Part shown: piece by piece, positions 1-20,925 of the stretch
How positions within the stretch are numbered: the first letter of the stretch is position 1
Layout: each line of letters begins with the position of its first letter
Source: the human T2T-CHM13v2.0 reference genome, Homo sapiens
Assembly (NCBI RefSeq): GCF_009914755.1
Contig: NC_060927.1
DNA length: 64,000 bases
Reading direction: 5' to 3' (one strand)
Translations under genes and position numbers: made by a program
The notes under the pieces: generated by a model
Told to the model about the DNA's origin: nothing
Databases searched by the model: none
The model's input: the letters and a program-made list of their open reading frames with translations, nothing else

Positions 1-571
1 TAGATGGGTCCATACACCACCACCTCCCCAGGGAAATAAAGATTTCCATCACCCAACCCTCTGCATCAGAACATTATTCTAACCAGAGTCATAACAATCC
101 GTAGAAGGATTTATCCATCTGGGACAATGTTCCTTTAAAGAGCCTGAATTAGAGAGCCATTTTGAAAAAAAGTATTTTATAGATGATACTAGTACTAAGA
201 GCACCATTTATTGAGATGTTACAAAGTGTTCTGTGTACCTTTCCTCATTTTATATCCTTTTATCCTGTAACTTGATAAAATAGATTATTTTCCTTTTTAC
301 AACTGAGGAAACCCAGGCTTAAAACCAAAGTTGGCTGTTTTGTCCCAGGTCACACAGGTAAGTCAGTAGTAGTGTTTGGCCGCCCATGCCCTATTCTAAT
401 GAAAAGTTACCAGCCCACATCCTCTATTCCCCAGGAAGCCATTTTCCGGTACCACATGACTCAGCTGTTTCCCCTTATTACTTGGACTAGAGTGAGCGCC
501 CCCCACCCAAAGACAGCCAAGTACAGAGATTAGTTCAAGGACACGTACAGCTGGCTCAAAAATGTCAGATG

Positions 572-862
572 GGGCCTCACCTGATGCCTCATGCCTGTAA
601 TCCCAGCACTTTGGGAGGCCAAGGCAGGTGGACAGCTTGTGCCGAGGAGATCAAGACCAGCCTGGGCAAAATAGGGAGGCCCTGTCTCTACAAAAAATTT
701 GTTAATTAGCTGGATGTGGTGGTGCACACCTGTGGTTCCGACTACTCAGAAGGCTGGGGCGGCATGATCTCTGAAGCCTGGGAGGCGGAGGCTGCAGTGA
801 GCCATGATCACACCACTGCACTCTAGCCTGGGCAACAGAGTGAGACCATGTCTCAAAAAAAA
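572..862 (+). mobile_element. Alu (J-like)
   Basis: Dimeric Alu with A tail. Confidence 0.9.
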
Positions 863-1648
863 TCAGATAGAACCATTGGAGTCTCTCTCTTCCTCCCTCC
901 CTCCCTCCCTCTCTCTGAAATTTGAAATAAGGAACACAGAGTTTGCCATTTGGCAGCAGAAACAGGAGGCAAAAGGATTCATCAAGAGATCCACGAGGTA
1001 GGGTCAGAGCCATGGCAAGCTAAAGCCCTGTGCAAGCCAAACTTCTGAAAAGCAAAAACTGTTAGTAAGCAGAGGGACCCAGAAGGCATAAAAAGGAGAC
1101 TGAAGCCAATATGCAGAAAGTAGCTGAGACAGGTCACCCTGAGGCTGGGTGGAAGGAAGACCATGGGCTCCTGTTGCTGAAGTCCTGAGCCCACTGTGGA
1201 TCTGGACCCACCCTCCTGCTCCAATGAGGGCTCTGCTCATGAATTTTAGAGAGATTTCTGCCTGGGCCCACATTTCTCAATGTGGCTTGATTGAGACTCT
1301 GTTCTTTTCATCCAAATGAGCCTCCCTGAAACAGAAGCAGAGCAGTGGTGTGGAGTTCATCCATCTGACCCCACATACTACCTCTGCGCTCCCATCCTCC
1401 ACAGACCAGAGATGTCACCAGGTGCACTGATGGGCCCTAGGAAAGGATCAGATACCATAGCTGCAGCCAGTGCTAATTCAGGTCTGCTATCCATATCCAA
1501 ATCTAAAGTGTACTTTGCAAATGAAGAGTCAAGGAGTAAATGGGAAACAGCAAAAATTCCAAAAAGTGGATTTTGTCAATAAGAACAGCCCCCGAATGTT
1601 CACTTATTGCTAAGGGGAGGAAGCTATAAAAAGCTAATGTACATTATG

Positions 1649-1973
<325 letters not shown>

Positions 1974-2049
1974 TTATGTGTGTGTATGTATACACACACA
2001 TAATCATATTTTCATATATATATATATGAAAAGACCACAAGGAAAGGCC

Positions 2050-3435
<1,386 letters not shown>

Positions 3436-4315
3436 TGTGCCAAAACTTTTAAAGCGGTTATTTCTGGGTGATAAGCTTTTGTATGTTTTTTTGTTTTATT
3501 CTTTGTGTTTTTCCATTTTTCCCAGGTTTTCAGCAATAAGCAGTGTTTGGAGTTTTTTTCTAAATGGAATCTAGAAAGAAAACGTAAAATTCTCCTTGTA
3601 TCTGTAGCAGAGGGTGCCAGGGACGGGGGTATACTCTGCTTCTCATAGCTGGAATTAGTGATCTCAACAGGAATGTCCCTAGAGTCTGGAAAGCCAAATT
3701 AGTTTGATGCTAATATCTCTTTGGCAACACGAAATTTCTCTTACATGGGTCTGCTCAGATCTAGCCATCTTCCATATTGCAATTTGGTGTCCTGAGCAGA
3801 CTTATGCAACAGGAAATGGTTCACCATGTAGGTAGATGGTCAAGTTTGGGATCCAGGTGTCTCTCAGATAATTGAGGTGTTTTAAGGGCCCAAAAAAGCA
3901 GCAACCTTTCCCCCCTTCATCCTGGAGATGAACCAGCTGAGAAGTAAAACAAAGAGTTAGGAGATGAGTACCAAATACTTCGTTCTAGCTAAGTCGGAGA
4001 GCCAAACAGTATAATCAACAGATTATCCACACAGTTATGGCAACACTGAATCAGGGCTGGCTCCTGCCCCATCTCACCTCCAGAATTACAAAGCAGAAAG
4101 TGCTGTAGAGTAGCCACTCCCAAAGGTGGAGGAGAAGAAAAGGCTGGGCCATATACACAGCATCTATTTTCACCATTTTCCTTGTGGCAGAATGAGGGAG
4201 GAGTGTGAGAATGGAGAGAGGCCAGTAGTGTGAGGCTAATGCCAGGATACATCAGGTGTGGAAGCAGCATTCACGCTCACCAACACCCCTCTGAGTTAAT
4301 GTATTTAGCATCAGG

Positions 4316-4740
<425 letters not shown>

Positions 4741-5062
4741 AGAATCAGGTTTATTAGTCAAGCACTACCACATACAGTGTAGTATGCTGTCCCACGTACA
4801 TTTGGCTGGTCTGAGTCCCTGGTGACTAGCAACAGATCAACGTTAACTGATTTTTAGGAGAAGCAGAATTTATTAACAGAATATTGGGATGTAAATCTTG
4901 CTTGCATCTTGGATTTAAAAAGAAAAAAATCTGTGTTTATAGCAGCATTATTCACAATTGCCAAAAGGTGGAAACAACCTAAGTGTCCATTGACAAAGGA
5001 TCAACAAAATGTGGTATAGAGAGAATGGAACATTACTCAACCTTAAAAAGGAAGGAAGTTCT

Positions 5063-6560
5063 TTTTTATATATTTTTTTATTTTTGCGGGTACATAGTAG
5101 GTGTATACATTTACGGGGTACCTGAGATGTTTTGATACAGGCATGCAATGTGAAACAGGCACATCATGGGGAATAGAGTCTCCATGCACTCAAGCATTTA
5201 TCCTTTGAGTTGCAAACAATCCAATTATACTCTTTAAGTTATTTTAAAATGCACAATTAAGTTAGCATTGACAATAGTCACCCTATTGTGCTATCAAATA
5301 GTAGGTCTTATTCATTCTTTCTATATTTTGTGCCCGTTAACCATTCCCACCTCCCCACCCCCAACTCCCCACTACCCCTCCCGGCCTTTGGTAACCACCC
5401 TTCTACTCTTTTTCTCCATGGGTTCAATTGTTTTGATTTTTAAATCCCACAAATAAGTGAGAACATGGGGTGTTTATCTTTCTGTGCCTGGCTTATTTCA
5501 CTTAACTTAATGATCTCCAGTTCCATCCAAATAGTTGCAGATGACTGGATCTCATTCTTTTTTATGGCTGAATAGTAGTCCATTGTGTATATGTACCAGA
5601 TTTTCTTTATCTATTCATCTGTTGATGGACACAGGTTGCTTCCAAATCTTAGCTATTGTAAACCGTGCAGAAACAAACACAGGAGGGCAGATCTCTCTTC
5701 AGTATCCTGATTTCCTTTCTTTTGGGTACATACGCAGCAGTGGACTTGCTGAATTATATGGTAGCTCAATTTTTAGTTTTTTGAGGAAACTCCAAACTAT
5801 TTTCCATAGGGGTTGTACTAATTTACATTCCCACCAACAGTGTAGGAGGGTTCCCTTTTCTCCACATCCTCGCCAGCGTTTGTTATTGCCTTTTGGGTAT
5901 AAGCCATTTTCACTGGGTTGAGATGATATCTCATTGTAGTTTTGATTTGCATTTCTCTGATGATCAGTGATGCTGAGCACCTTTTCCTATGCCTGTTTGC
6001 CATTTGTATGTCTTCTTTTGAGAAATGTCTACTCAAATCTTTTGCCCATTTTTTGATCGGATTATTAAACTTTTTCCTATTGAGTTGTTTGAGCTCCTTA
6101 TCTATTCTGATTATTAATCCCTTGTCATATGGGTAGTTTGCAAATATTTCCTCCCATTCTGTAGGTTGTCTCCTCACTTTGTTGATTGTTTCCTTTGCTG
6201 TGCAGAAGCTTTTTAACTCGATGTGATCCCATTTGTCCATTTTTACTTTGGTTGCCTGTGCTTGTGGAGTATTGCTCAAGAAATCTTTGCCCAAACCAAT
6301 GTCCTGGAGATTTTCCCCAATGTTTTCTTGTAGTAGTTTCAAAGTTTGAGATCTTAGACTTAAGTCTTTAATCCATTTTGATTTGATTTTCTTGTATGGC
6401 AAGATAGTAGGTAGGGGTCTAGTCTCCTTCTTCTGCATATGGATATCCAGTTTTCCCAGCACCATTTATTGAAGAGACTCTCTTTTCCCCAGTGTATGTT
6501 TTTGGCACCTTTGTCAAAAATGAGTTCACTGTAGGCGTGTGGATTTGTTTCTGGGTTCTA
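5063..6560 (-). mobile_element. 5'-truncated L1MA (ORF2 C-terminus plus 3'UTR)
   Basis: ORF 5818..6465 is L1 ORF2 (KSKWIKDL...[15 protein letters not shown]); degenerate TSD aaaagRaRgRaRttct. Confidence 0.9.
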
Positions 6561-6806
6561 ATAAAAGAAAGAAAATTCTGACACATACTACAATGTAAAT
6601 GAACCTTAAGGAGATTATGCTAAGTGAAATAAGCCAGACACAAAAGGACAACTACTGCATAATTCCACTTATATGAGGGACCTAGAGTTCTCAGATTCAT
6701 AGAGACACAAAGAATGGTGGTTGCCGGGGGCTGGGGGAAGGGGGAAATGGGTAGTTACTGTTTAATGGGTACAGAGTTTCAATTTTGCAAGATGAAAAAT
6801 GTTTTG

Positions 6807-7415
<609 letters not shown>

Positions 7416-7515
7416 GAGAGAGACAAAGAAAAAAATGTTTTGGAGATTGGCTGCATAATAATGTGTATGTACTCTAACACTGCTGGACCATACACTTTAA
7501 AATGTTAACATTTAA

Positions 7516-7893
<378 letters not shown>

Positions 7894-7899
7894 CTTTCT

Positions 7900-8250
7900 T
7901 TCTTTTTTTAAAAAATAATGTCAATTTTTATTTTGGATTCAGGGGGTGCATGTGCAGGTATGTTACATGGGTATATTGTGTGATGTTGGGGTTTGGAATA
8001 TGGATGATCCCATCACCCAGGTAGTGAGCACAGGACCCAATACCTAGTTTTTCAGCCCACAACCACCCGCCTCCCTCCTCTAGCGGTCCCAGACTCTATT
8101 GTTCCCATCTTTATGTCCATGTGTACTCAGTGCTTAGTCCCTCTTATAAGTGAGAACATGTAGTATTTGGTTTTCTGTTCACGCATTAATCACTTAAGTT
8201 AATGGCCTCCAGCTGCAACCACATTGCTACAAAGGACATGATTTCACTCT
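7900..8250 (-). mobile_element. L1P (PA15/16-like) 3' end fragment
   Basis: catgtgcagg..ttacatgggtatattg; ttataagtgagaacatgtagtatttgg. Confidence 0.8.
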
Positions 8251-8769
8251 AAGAAAAGGAATTTTCATTCTAGGTTTAACATATTGCAAATACTAAGCAA
8301 GGGGTATTCCAGAGTTCCAAAAGTATTTACGCCAAATGTATGTTTCAAAATATCCTTAGATGAAGCATATCGAACTTGGGCCTGCATTTGAAATGGAATG
8401 TTAATGAAAGTTGAGTACTGGGATATTTGAAGCCATCTAAGATATTTTCAATTTATGTGTGAATTAATTTAGTATAAAAGTGATATTAAAAGGTTGATTA
8501 CATTGCCCCCAAAAGGTAGCCGTAAAGGATATTTTGGGGAAAGAAGGAAAATTTGAATATGAACTATGTTCGGTGATATTATATCAAGGTTATGTTTCTT
8601 GGATATGATGGAGGCATTGTGATTATGCCAGAGAGTGTTCTCAGGAGACACGTGCTCTTTTAGCAGTGAAGCATCCTAACATCGGCCATTTACTTTCCAG
8701 CAGTTCAACAAAAGGAAATATTTTATATAAAAAGAGAGATCAAGCAAAGGATATATGGGATCTCATTAT

Positions 8770-9203
<434 letters not shown>

Positions 9204-10309
9204 TAAAGGACTTGCCTGGCTAGGATACCACTCTCATCATCCCCCAGTGTGAGATGCTGCAGTTTGCACCACCGACCTTGCTGGTACCGGGCACTGGATG
9301 CCACTGCTACCTACACCCACTGTCATTGCTTCCTCAAGAACTCAATCTTACAACAACCTCCAATTGAGTAAATAAATCCCCCCAAGTGATGGTCACCTCT
9401 GGCTGTGCTGGTGCCATTAGAATTAATGTTGTGAACCTGATCAGCTAAGGACAAGACCAAGGTATCACACAGGGCAGGAAGTTAGGGGCCAGGGACTTCC
9501 AATCACTCTCATTCTGAAGCAGCCAATAGGCCTTTCCATCTTTAAGACACTTCATCTAGAGTAAAGAAATCTGTTCAAGTCTGTTTGAACTCTCAAGCTA
9601 CAGAATTTTAATATATTTTTAGATGAGAGGGGGAAAATGAGGAAAATAATAGGTTAATAAAATCTGCTTTTTCACTCTACATTTCAAGGAAAGCTTTCAT
9701 ATATTTTCATGGGAGTATCGTCCACATTATTCAGAGATCGCTGAATTAACCAAAGTTCTTCTAGACTTAATGTCTTGGAACCTGAATATGACACAGTAGC
9801 TCTGATGTTTTATAATTCTGAAAAAAATACGTAGAAACATTTAACACATTTAAAAAAGACTTTCAGACAAGCCCCAGTTAGGGTTAACAGCACTGCTGCT
9901 CAGCATTGTAGATAGCATATATAAGAAAACGCTATTCAAAATGCCCTAAATAGCCAATATAATTTATCCATAATAAGTTTATCATTACACTAATCCTTCC
10001 AGGTACAAATATGGCAAGAGAAATTGAGGGTGGCAGGACTTAAAACTCCCTGCTCACTTCTGACTGTCCCACTGCCACTTTGCAAAGTGCTCCTTCAGCA
10101 TGGTATGGGAAGGTATATTATCAGATTCAAACCGGAGACCGAAAATTTTAGCCATCACATTCTCAGAGAGATCTTTGGGATTTTGAGTGTTCAGACTTGG
10201 AGACAGAATCCTAGTGTGGGGAGAGCCAGAAGATCCATCACCTCATTTTAGGGGTCTTGGGGCCCTATTTGAGGAAGCAGGAAGGCAGACCGGTGCCCAC
10301 TGGAAAGGG

Positions 10310-10540
10310 CGTGAACTCCAGAGTCAGACAGACCTGAATTTGAACAGCACTTGTAGCATCTACCAGAGTAGGGCCTCGGGTAATTTCCTTAAGTTTTTGG
10401 ATCCTCAGTTTCTTCATCTATAAAATGGATTACTCATCTCATCACCTTGTTGTGGCTGTTAAATGAGGGCTCATTATGGAAAGTTCTTAGTACCGCACCT
10501 GACATACAGTAGTGCTAAATAAATAGCAACTATTAATAAA
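10310..10540 (+). mobile_element. MIR
   Basis: gagtcagacagacctg..cctcagtttcttcatctataaaatgg. Confidence 0.7.
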
Positions 10541-11031
10541 TAACCAAAGTTTCAAACCCTAGGCAAAGAAGAACAGAGACATGAATTTCCTCCAGACATA
10601 ATGAAAACCATTTTGGCTACTGACTGACTGACATGTAAATTATTTCTAACCCTCTCAAAATAACCCACTTTAACGGGAAGTCATTTCTATGTCTAAATTG
10701 GACAAAGTGCACCCCTTTCACCAGGCTGCCCCTTTCTCTGTGGGCTTCGTTCTGAGTCATCACCATGTCCAAGAAAATATGAACAAGGAGGACTTTTAAA
10801 CTGGCCCCTTTCCGGAATTTGAGTTTAAGCAATATTTATCAAATGTCAAGCATGTGCCAGCCACGGTGCTAGACACAAGGAGATATAGAAGTGAATAGCT
10901 CTGCCCTCAAGGAGCGTCCAGCCTCATACGGCCAACCTGTGGACAGAAAAACTCCCATAGAATGTGGAACATGCAGGCTACTAGGAGAAAATAAAAAGTC
11001 CTAAATTGTATGGACCCTTTTAGACCCAATC

Positions 11032-11326
<295 letters not shown>

Positions 11327-11408
11327 TCAACCCAATCTTTAATCATATATTTTCAGCATTTTATACTAGTCTTCAACTTAGTTCTTTTTCTCAAAAATCA
11401 AACACTCA

Positions 11409-12029
<621 letters not shown>

Positions 12030-12178
12030 TCAGCAAATGGGCTTATGTCTAACGTACATTCAAATGAGAAAACAAAACCCACCACTCTGAGTTTGCTTAA
12101 AACTGACCATCTTTGTCTCAATTGTGTTAAATTTATGAGTGCTACTAGTATCAAAGGAGAGCTACCTAATTCCGTCTA

Positions 12179-12695
<517 letters not shown>

Positions 12696-12749
12696 AGTTG
12701 TGTTTTTTTTCCCCAGAGATACACTGCTATTTATCACTCCTATGAGAAT

Positions 12750-12930
12750 TAGTATAGTGCAATGGCTAAGAGAAGGTACTCGGAGTCAGACTGCCTGCCT
12801 GAGTTTGAATCTCATCTTTATCATTTACTAGTTGTGTGATCTTGGACAAGTTATTAAACTTCATGTGTCTCAGTTTTCTCATTTGTAAGATAAGATTGAT
12901 GGTAATAGTACCTAGCTCATAGGGCTGACA
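12750..12930 (+). mobile_element. MIR
   Basis: gtgtgatcttggacaagttatt..tctcagttttctcatttgtaa. Confidence 0.7.
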
Positions 12931-13085
12931 AACTCTTCAATTCAACATTTACTTTTTTTCCTTTATAATATACACTTGGCAGATTTAAGTCCAATGGGCT
13001 TAAATTGAGGATAGGATAGTCACAACGTCAAGCCCGCTTAATTGTTTCCATCTTTGTCTTACTTACATTAAACCTGACATCTATA

Positions 13086-13603
<518 letters not shown>

Positions 13604-13860
13604 GCTTAACATTTAAGATGAAGGGCCCTGGAACTAGCCTGCGTAGATTTAAAGCCAAGCTCTGCCACTTTCTCGCTGTGTAAACTTGGGCAAGTTGCCT
13701 AACCACTGTATCCTTTAGTTTCCTATCTGTAAAATAATAATAATAACAATGACAAATTTTTTTAAATTACAATAGATAAATAGATATAAGCAACTTCTTA
13801 GGATTATTGTTAGATTCTTAGGATTATTCTTAGAATGAAGTGAATTGGATAAATGCTTTA

Positions 13861-14483
13861 TGTCAGGGTCCAGTTAGGAGATGGAAAACAGATGAGTTGT
13901 TTTAACAGTGAGAATTTAACACAGAGAATGCTTAGCTAGGTAATAAAGAATGAACGATGTAACTGAAAAAGCAAAAAGAGAACAATAAGCTATCACAGAG
14001 GTAAAAACTGCAGGAAGCAGCTTGTAGGGCTGAGAGAACAAAGGGAAGAGGTTGCAGTTATTAAGACTTAGAAGCTCAGAGGGGAGTCCCATGGGACTGA
14101 GACACAGACTTCTGAGGATGAGGTACCGGCTGGCTGTCAGCCATCTCTTCAGAGATGCAATGAGGCTGGCTTTGCCAATTGGAAAAACTGCAAGCTGGAT
14201 TGAACTGCTTCTGCTAGACTGAAGAAGCAGCATTGCTGGATGATAGTGACAGGCACAGGAAGTCAACCAGAAATAAATGGAAAGCCAACGGGAAAACGTC
14301 CCTTCTTTCTCATCCAGTCCTGCAACCTCCCTCTAATGGTCCTTTATTAATAGAGCCTAACAGGAAGAAGGGGACAAAGGAAAAATGCAGTTTGCAGAGT
14401 TCCAGCCCCTGCATCACACAGCCAAATATAGAAGAGTGGGAGACAAGTTTGAAGCTGAGGGACAAGAGTTTCATCGCTGACAC
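13861..14483. mobile_element. Ancient LTR (MamGypLTR-like) inserted in MIR
   Basis: TG...CA ends; resembles recalled MamGyp LTR sequence. Confidence 0.5.
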
Positions 14484-15234
14484 AGTGCTCAATAATTGTT
14501 AGTTATTCTAATAATCACTAGTATCAGAATTTTATTTCCATTACACACATTTTTATAATATAATGAGGGCAAGGTACAGTCAATTATTTAAATAATTGAA
14601 CACACATACAGGATCACTGCTAAAGCTGAACTAATGGCTGGCAGGCTGGAACAAAACCATGTGGCAGGTCATTTGTCCACTGATACACAGCAATGTATCG
14701 GTGGCCTTCGAAATTAACCTATGAAAAGCCACCATGTAATATGCATGTGTGATATGTACGGGGTATAAGAAAACTTAAAATTTGCAAATCAAGGAATCAG
14801 CGAGTAGTACCTCTATTTTATAGCTCAGGAAATGAGGGAGAGATTGTTCACCCAAGTCATGCAGCCAGTAAGTGGCAGAGCAGGGATTTGAGCTGAGGTC
14901 TGATTCCCTGTGCCTCTCTCTATTTCCTCTCTGTTGAATGAAGATGAGTAGCTATCCCACAGAGCTATTAGGAGGACTAAAGAAGTTAATGCATGTAATG
15001 GGTTTGGCACATAGCCTGGCATATTATAGAGAGTTCAACAAATGTTGGCCATTGTTAGAATTCCAAGCCTGGAGTTGTTTCTATCATACCAGGCTATCCC
15101 ATACATGCGCTCATTGTCAAAACTTTACAGCATTTGCAGGATCGAATTGCAAAGAAGAAGAGAGATGAAGTTGGAAAAAAATGCCTTTAAAAATTCTTTT
15201 AATCATAATCTATTTGCTACCAAATCTTTCTGAG

Positions 15235-16200
15235 GGCAATCATTCATTGTGGACTCTCAATTATAGACAAATACTTATTGAGTACCAGCCATATATACAG
15301 TAATTGCTGGAGACGTAACACTGAGACGGTCACAGCCCCACCTTCAAGCGTCTCATCGTCTCTTTGGGGACTTAGGCGGCAGAGATGATGCAGAGTGAGG
15401 GCTGTGATGGAGGGCATACTGGATGCTCCGGGAGCCTGTAACAGGGGAACCTGACCTAGACTCGAGGAAGCCAGAGAAAGCTTTCATGGAGGAAGTTACA
15501 TCTAAGTTGAAAGCTGAAAGACATAGGAGAGTGTTAAGCATTCTAAACAAAGGGACCAACGTGAAAAAAAGAAAATGCTTAGAGGGAAGAGGGAGCAAGA
15601 GGCATTCAGAGATCTAAAGGAAGCTGATTGTGGCATGGAGGTTGGGGTGGCCAACAGGTAAAACTGGAGAGGTCCCAGAGCCTGTTCCTGAAGGAATATG
15701 TGAGCCACAGGACCCTGGGCATGAACTGGAGGGCAGTGTAGGACGCTGGTCTTTAAGAAAGCCAGTGACAATCAGATGTACACTTAAGATCTACCCTGGC
15801 TATGGTGTGGAGGATGGCTTGAAGTGAGGTAAGACAAGAGGTGAGGAAATCAGAAAGCTGCTTCCTGCTGCCCACAGATGAGAGAAGACAGAGCTCTGAA
15901 ATAGGGAAGGGGCTGAGGGGATGGAGGAAAGTGAATGGATTCAAGAAATATTTAAAAGGTAGAGCTGATGGGATTCGGTAAATGATGCAACCTGGGGAGC
16001 AAGGGACAAGGTAGGAAAAAACGGAGAAATCAAGGAAAACATCCAAGTTTCTACTTTGGGCATTGGACAGATGGTGATATCCTTTACTGAAGGTGCAGGA
16101 GGCAGAGCAAGTTTGAGGAAGGAGATGATGGGTTTACATTTAGACAAGTTGAGTCTGAAGTATACAAGGGTCATCTCGATGATGAAGAACTGTAGGTAAT
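15235..16200 (-). mobile_element. L2 relic
   Basis: caaatacttattgagtacc; tcatggaggaagttacatctaagttga. Confidence 0.6.
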
Positions 16201-16395
16201 TGGATTCTCTCTAAGCCATCACATGTCTCAGTATCCCACTTCAACTGGTGACCACGGTCCTCCTCTCTAAGCCGCAGAGCTCTCCATAAACCAACCAAGA
16301 AGTGCTTTGAGTACCACCTGTTGTCTAGATATTATTAGCCTCTCATTTTAATAACTAATAATTTTAAATTTGCTCTTCTCCAAAATTCATCCTAA

Positions 16396-16852
<457 letters not shown>

Positions 16853-17235
16853 GCATAATATATTTTTATCTTTGAAAATGCAATACATTGATAAGGTAAA
16901 CCCATGTTAATTCAGAAACGTACGGAAATTTGCTCTCCAAAGTTAAATAACATCTGCTAAAGTATTTCAGTTTTCTCAGAGCCACTGAGAACTGATCAAT
17001 CTCGAGGGATCCATGTGAAGGTACATCCAAGTTTTCCTTGGCCTCTCTCTATGTGGGTACCTGCTTAGGGGCTTCCCACCCCCATTACCATGTCAGGATG
17101 GCCAAAGGGGGACAATGATGCCTACCCTCATGTGGCATCATTTACTAAGGTCCTTCAATTGCCTGCTTAGATGCCACCCTTGGGCAAATTTGGGGAAGGT
17201 ACCTCCAGGTGGACGTGTTAGAAAAAGGCACCCCT

Positions 17236-17734
<499 letters not shown>

Positions 17735-17819
17735 TCATCACTAGGGAAACCAGTTTTCTGGGAAATTAATAAGCTGTATGGAAATCATTTCCTAAGATTC
17801 CGGCGGCAGCCACAGAAAC

Positions 17820-18371
17820 TTAAGCATGATTCAAACTCCTCAAATCTCTTCCAAGATTGCAACTTATTTCCTCCAAATAACTCTGTAACTCTTCAAAACC
17901 TGTGACTTCACCAAGCTCTCGGCAGTACAGAAATGGAAAATGAGCAGTCTCCAGTCGTGCGGTTTGAAACTAAGGCGCTGCGCCTCCCCGGATAAGTATC
18001 AAGGTCAGTGTTCCGACAACTTGCCAAAGTTCTATCACTCAGGAAGTGCAGTCTACTGGCCTTTGAGTGCCTCAGAGCTTAAGTTCCCAATAAGTCACTT
18101 TTCTCAAGAAGCAGGTCAACAAATCCCCTCATCCTAGTCACTCACTATCTTAAAATAAGCTAATCTCTATATCCTTTGACTTCAACTACCTCCATATGTC
18201 CATAAATTGGTAATGGTTCAGAGTTCAGGCATAAGGAAAATGCAGAATCTTAAGCATTTCCTCCAACACATCATTCAATAAACCTGACTTGAAATGTGGC
18301 CTGGTGTCAGCTGGAGTAGCTCTGCTCCTTTAAGGTCTAGATAAAACAGGTTGCAATCCCATTCCTGTGTC
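17820..18371 (-). pseudogene. Fossil gene probable terminal coding exon
   Basis: actttccacAG| phase 0; DTGMGLQPVL...KSGLLNDVLEEMLKILHFPY, then after frameshifts RMRGFVDLLLEKSDLLG and RELGEVTGFEELQSYLEEISCNLGRDLRSLNHA*. Confidence 0.5.
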
Positions 18372-18644
18372 CTGTGGAAAGTCCAGGACTCTCCCTGAGA
18401 TTTCTGCAAATGGGGCAGGGCAGGGAGGACTGTGCACACAGCTCCTGCAGCTCTCAGTCCCAGCCTCCTCTGCATTGAGGGTCTCCATTCTGTCCCCACG
18501 GTTGTTCCTTTATCTAGGCGCTGGTGTTATTTCAGCAGGACCAGCCCTTTCACTTGCAGGTTGCTGCTGTGAGGAGAACGAGGGAGCTGCCCCGCACCAG
18601 CTCAGACACTCCTCAGACGACTCATTCTCAAAAGTCCCTTTGCA

Positions 18645-18973
<329 letters not shown>

Positions 18974-19134
18974 CTAGACATATCTCACTACCCATACCCT
19001 ACCCAGGACACCCTGGCCCTGCTTGTGTCTCTCCCTCCTTCTCCTTTCCCATCTTTTCAGTCACCACCAACCCCCAAGTGCAAATTTGCCTTAGGATTTC
19101 AGATGAGCCATTCAGCTCCTCCTCCCCAAGTTAC

Positions 19135-19288
19135 CCAGGCTGGCCTTCAAGCAAACCCTTCAAGGAACAAATGGGCTATTTATTCATTGAGCAGAGGCCT
19201 TGACTTCATAGCTGTTTTTCTCTAATGTTCATCCTCCTGAAAGACAGCTGCCATTTCAAAGAGCCATTGACTCTTTGCTTTTGCTTTT
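19135..19288 (-). pseudogene. Fossil gene exon (154 nt, phase 2-0)
   Basis: tttcattgtatcatcatcAG|...tgg|GTAACT; KAKAKSQWLFEMAAVFQEDEH*RKTAMKSRPLLNE*IAHLFLEGFA*RPAW. Confidence 0.6.
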
Positions 19289-19513
19289 CTGATGATGATA
19301 CAATGAAAATCAAGCACAATGACTTTCTTCGTCATCTTCCATAAACAGTGGAAACTGTCCCCCCGCCCAACCTTTCTATTGCAGGTGCCTGGCCTATGGT
19401 AAGTGCACTCAGCTTTTCCAAGCTTAGAATAAACTGCTGAAATTACAAATTGGCAGGTGGTTTGGCCCTACTGGTTTATAGTGCTAGCTACTTAGGTTTA
19501 AAAATGGAAAGGG

Positions 19514-19652
19514 GGCCAGGTGTGGTGGCTCCTGCCTGTAATCCCAACACTTTGGGAGGCCGAGGTGGGTTGCAGTGAGCTGAGATTGAGCCACTGCATT
19601 CACTCCAGCCTCGGCAATAGAGTGAGACTCCATCTCAAAATAAAAAAAAAAA

Positions 19653-19656
<4 letters not shown>
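19514..19656 (+). mobile_element. Internally deleted Alu
   Basis: Left-arm start fused to right-arm end at gaggtgg|gttgcagtgagc. Confidence 0.85.
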
Positions 19657-19711
<55 letters not shown>

Positions 19712-19714
19712 TAT
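19657..19714. repeat. (TA)n microsatellite
   Basis: Direct reading. Confidence 0.95.
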
Positions 19715-19852
19715 ACATAAGCAGAAAGGGTTTTAGTTTAAAATCCTGGTCAGACCAGGTCACAGCCCAAGGTCTGGCAGGCCCCATTTGGTTGACAAGC
19801 TCTGTATCAGCCTGTCTCAGGAGTGCTGCTGCCTGGACATTGGGCAGCTTAC

Positions 19853-19995
19853 AAACAGGGCAAGTGGCTGGCTTTGTTTACCCTCATGTCATTTTTGGCT
19901 GGACAGTCATTTTGCTCTTTCCTCTGATCCTTCTCTGCCCTCCCTCCCCACACATCGAAAGCCAAAAGGGAGCAGATTCTAATTTTCTACATTCT
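19853..19995 (-). pseudogene. Fossil gene exon (143 nt, phase 0-2)
   Basis: tttgattttttcAG|...gttt|GTAAGC; RM*KIRICSLLAFDVWGGRAEKDQRKEQNDCPAKNDMRVNKASHLPC. Confidence 0.55.
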
Positions 19996-20124
19996 CTGAA
20001 AAAATCAAACACTCACTTTCCATGTGTGTATGTATATATACACATTCATACACATATATGCACATATGTATATGTATGCATACATATGTATGTTTGTGCA
20101 TATACATACGTTCATAGACTCCTA

Positions 20125-20550
<426 letters not shown>

Positions 20551-20659
20551 CTAGTCAAGCTTTCATTTGGCAGATGAGGCCCAGAGAGGCTGAGTGATTT
20601 CAGGGGTCATGCTGTTAACTGGAGACTCAGATAGGACTGGAGCCCAGATCTCTTTACTG

Positions 20660-20762
20660 CTATTTCCATCACATTATCATTGTTCAGATTTAGCCAATGG
20701 TTAGATATTCCTCAAAAGTTTGTCATCTTTCTCAAGTTTATCACAGCTCTCTATGATTTCCT
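20660..20762 (-). pseudogene. Fossil gene exon (3' boundary uncertain)
   Basis: ttttttgtgtgtgtgaacAG|; phase 1 start EIIESCDKLEKDDKLLRNI*PLAKSEQ. Confidence 0.45.
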
Positions 20763-20925
20763 CTGTTCACACACACAAAAAATCACATTTAAAAAACATT
20801 TAAGGTTTTATTTTCTGCTGGTAGAGGACAAAATGATTAGATGGCATGACAAAAAAAAAATTGAGAAAGGCATCACGGATAGATATAAAGAAAAGATGGA
20901 AGACATTTAGCAAAATGATTGCCAC

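Noticed and set aside
5818-6465. 215-aa ORF (and the 198-aa ORF at 47691-48287)
   Set aside because: Truncated L1 ORF2 C-terminal fragments, not host genes.
19370-19405. Plus-strand 14-nt micro-exon-like ttgcAG|gtgcctggcctatg|GTAAGT
   Set aside because: Isolated, with no partner plus-strand exons; cannot be distinguished from chance.
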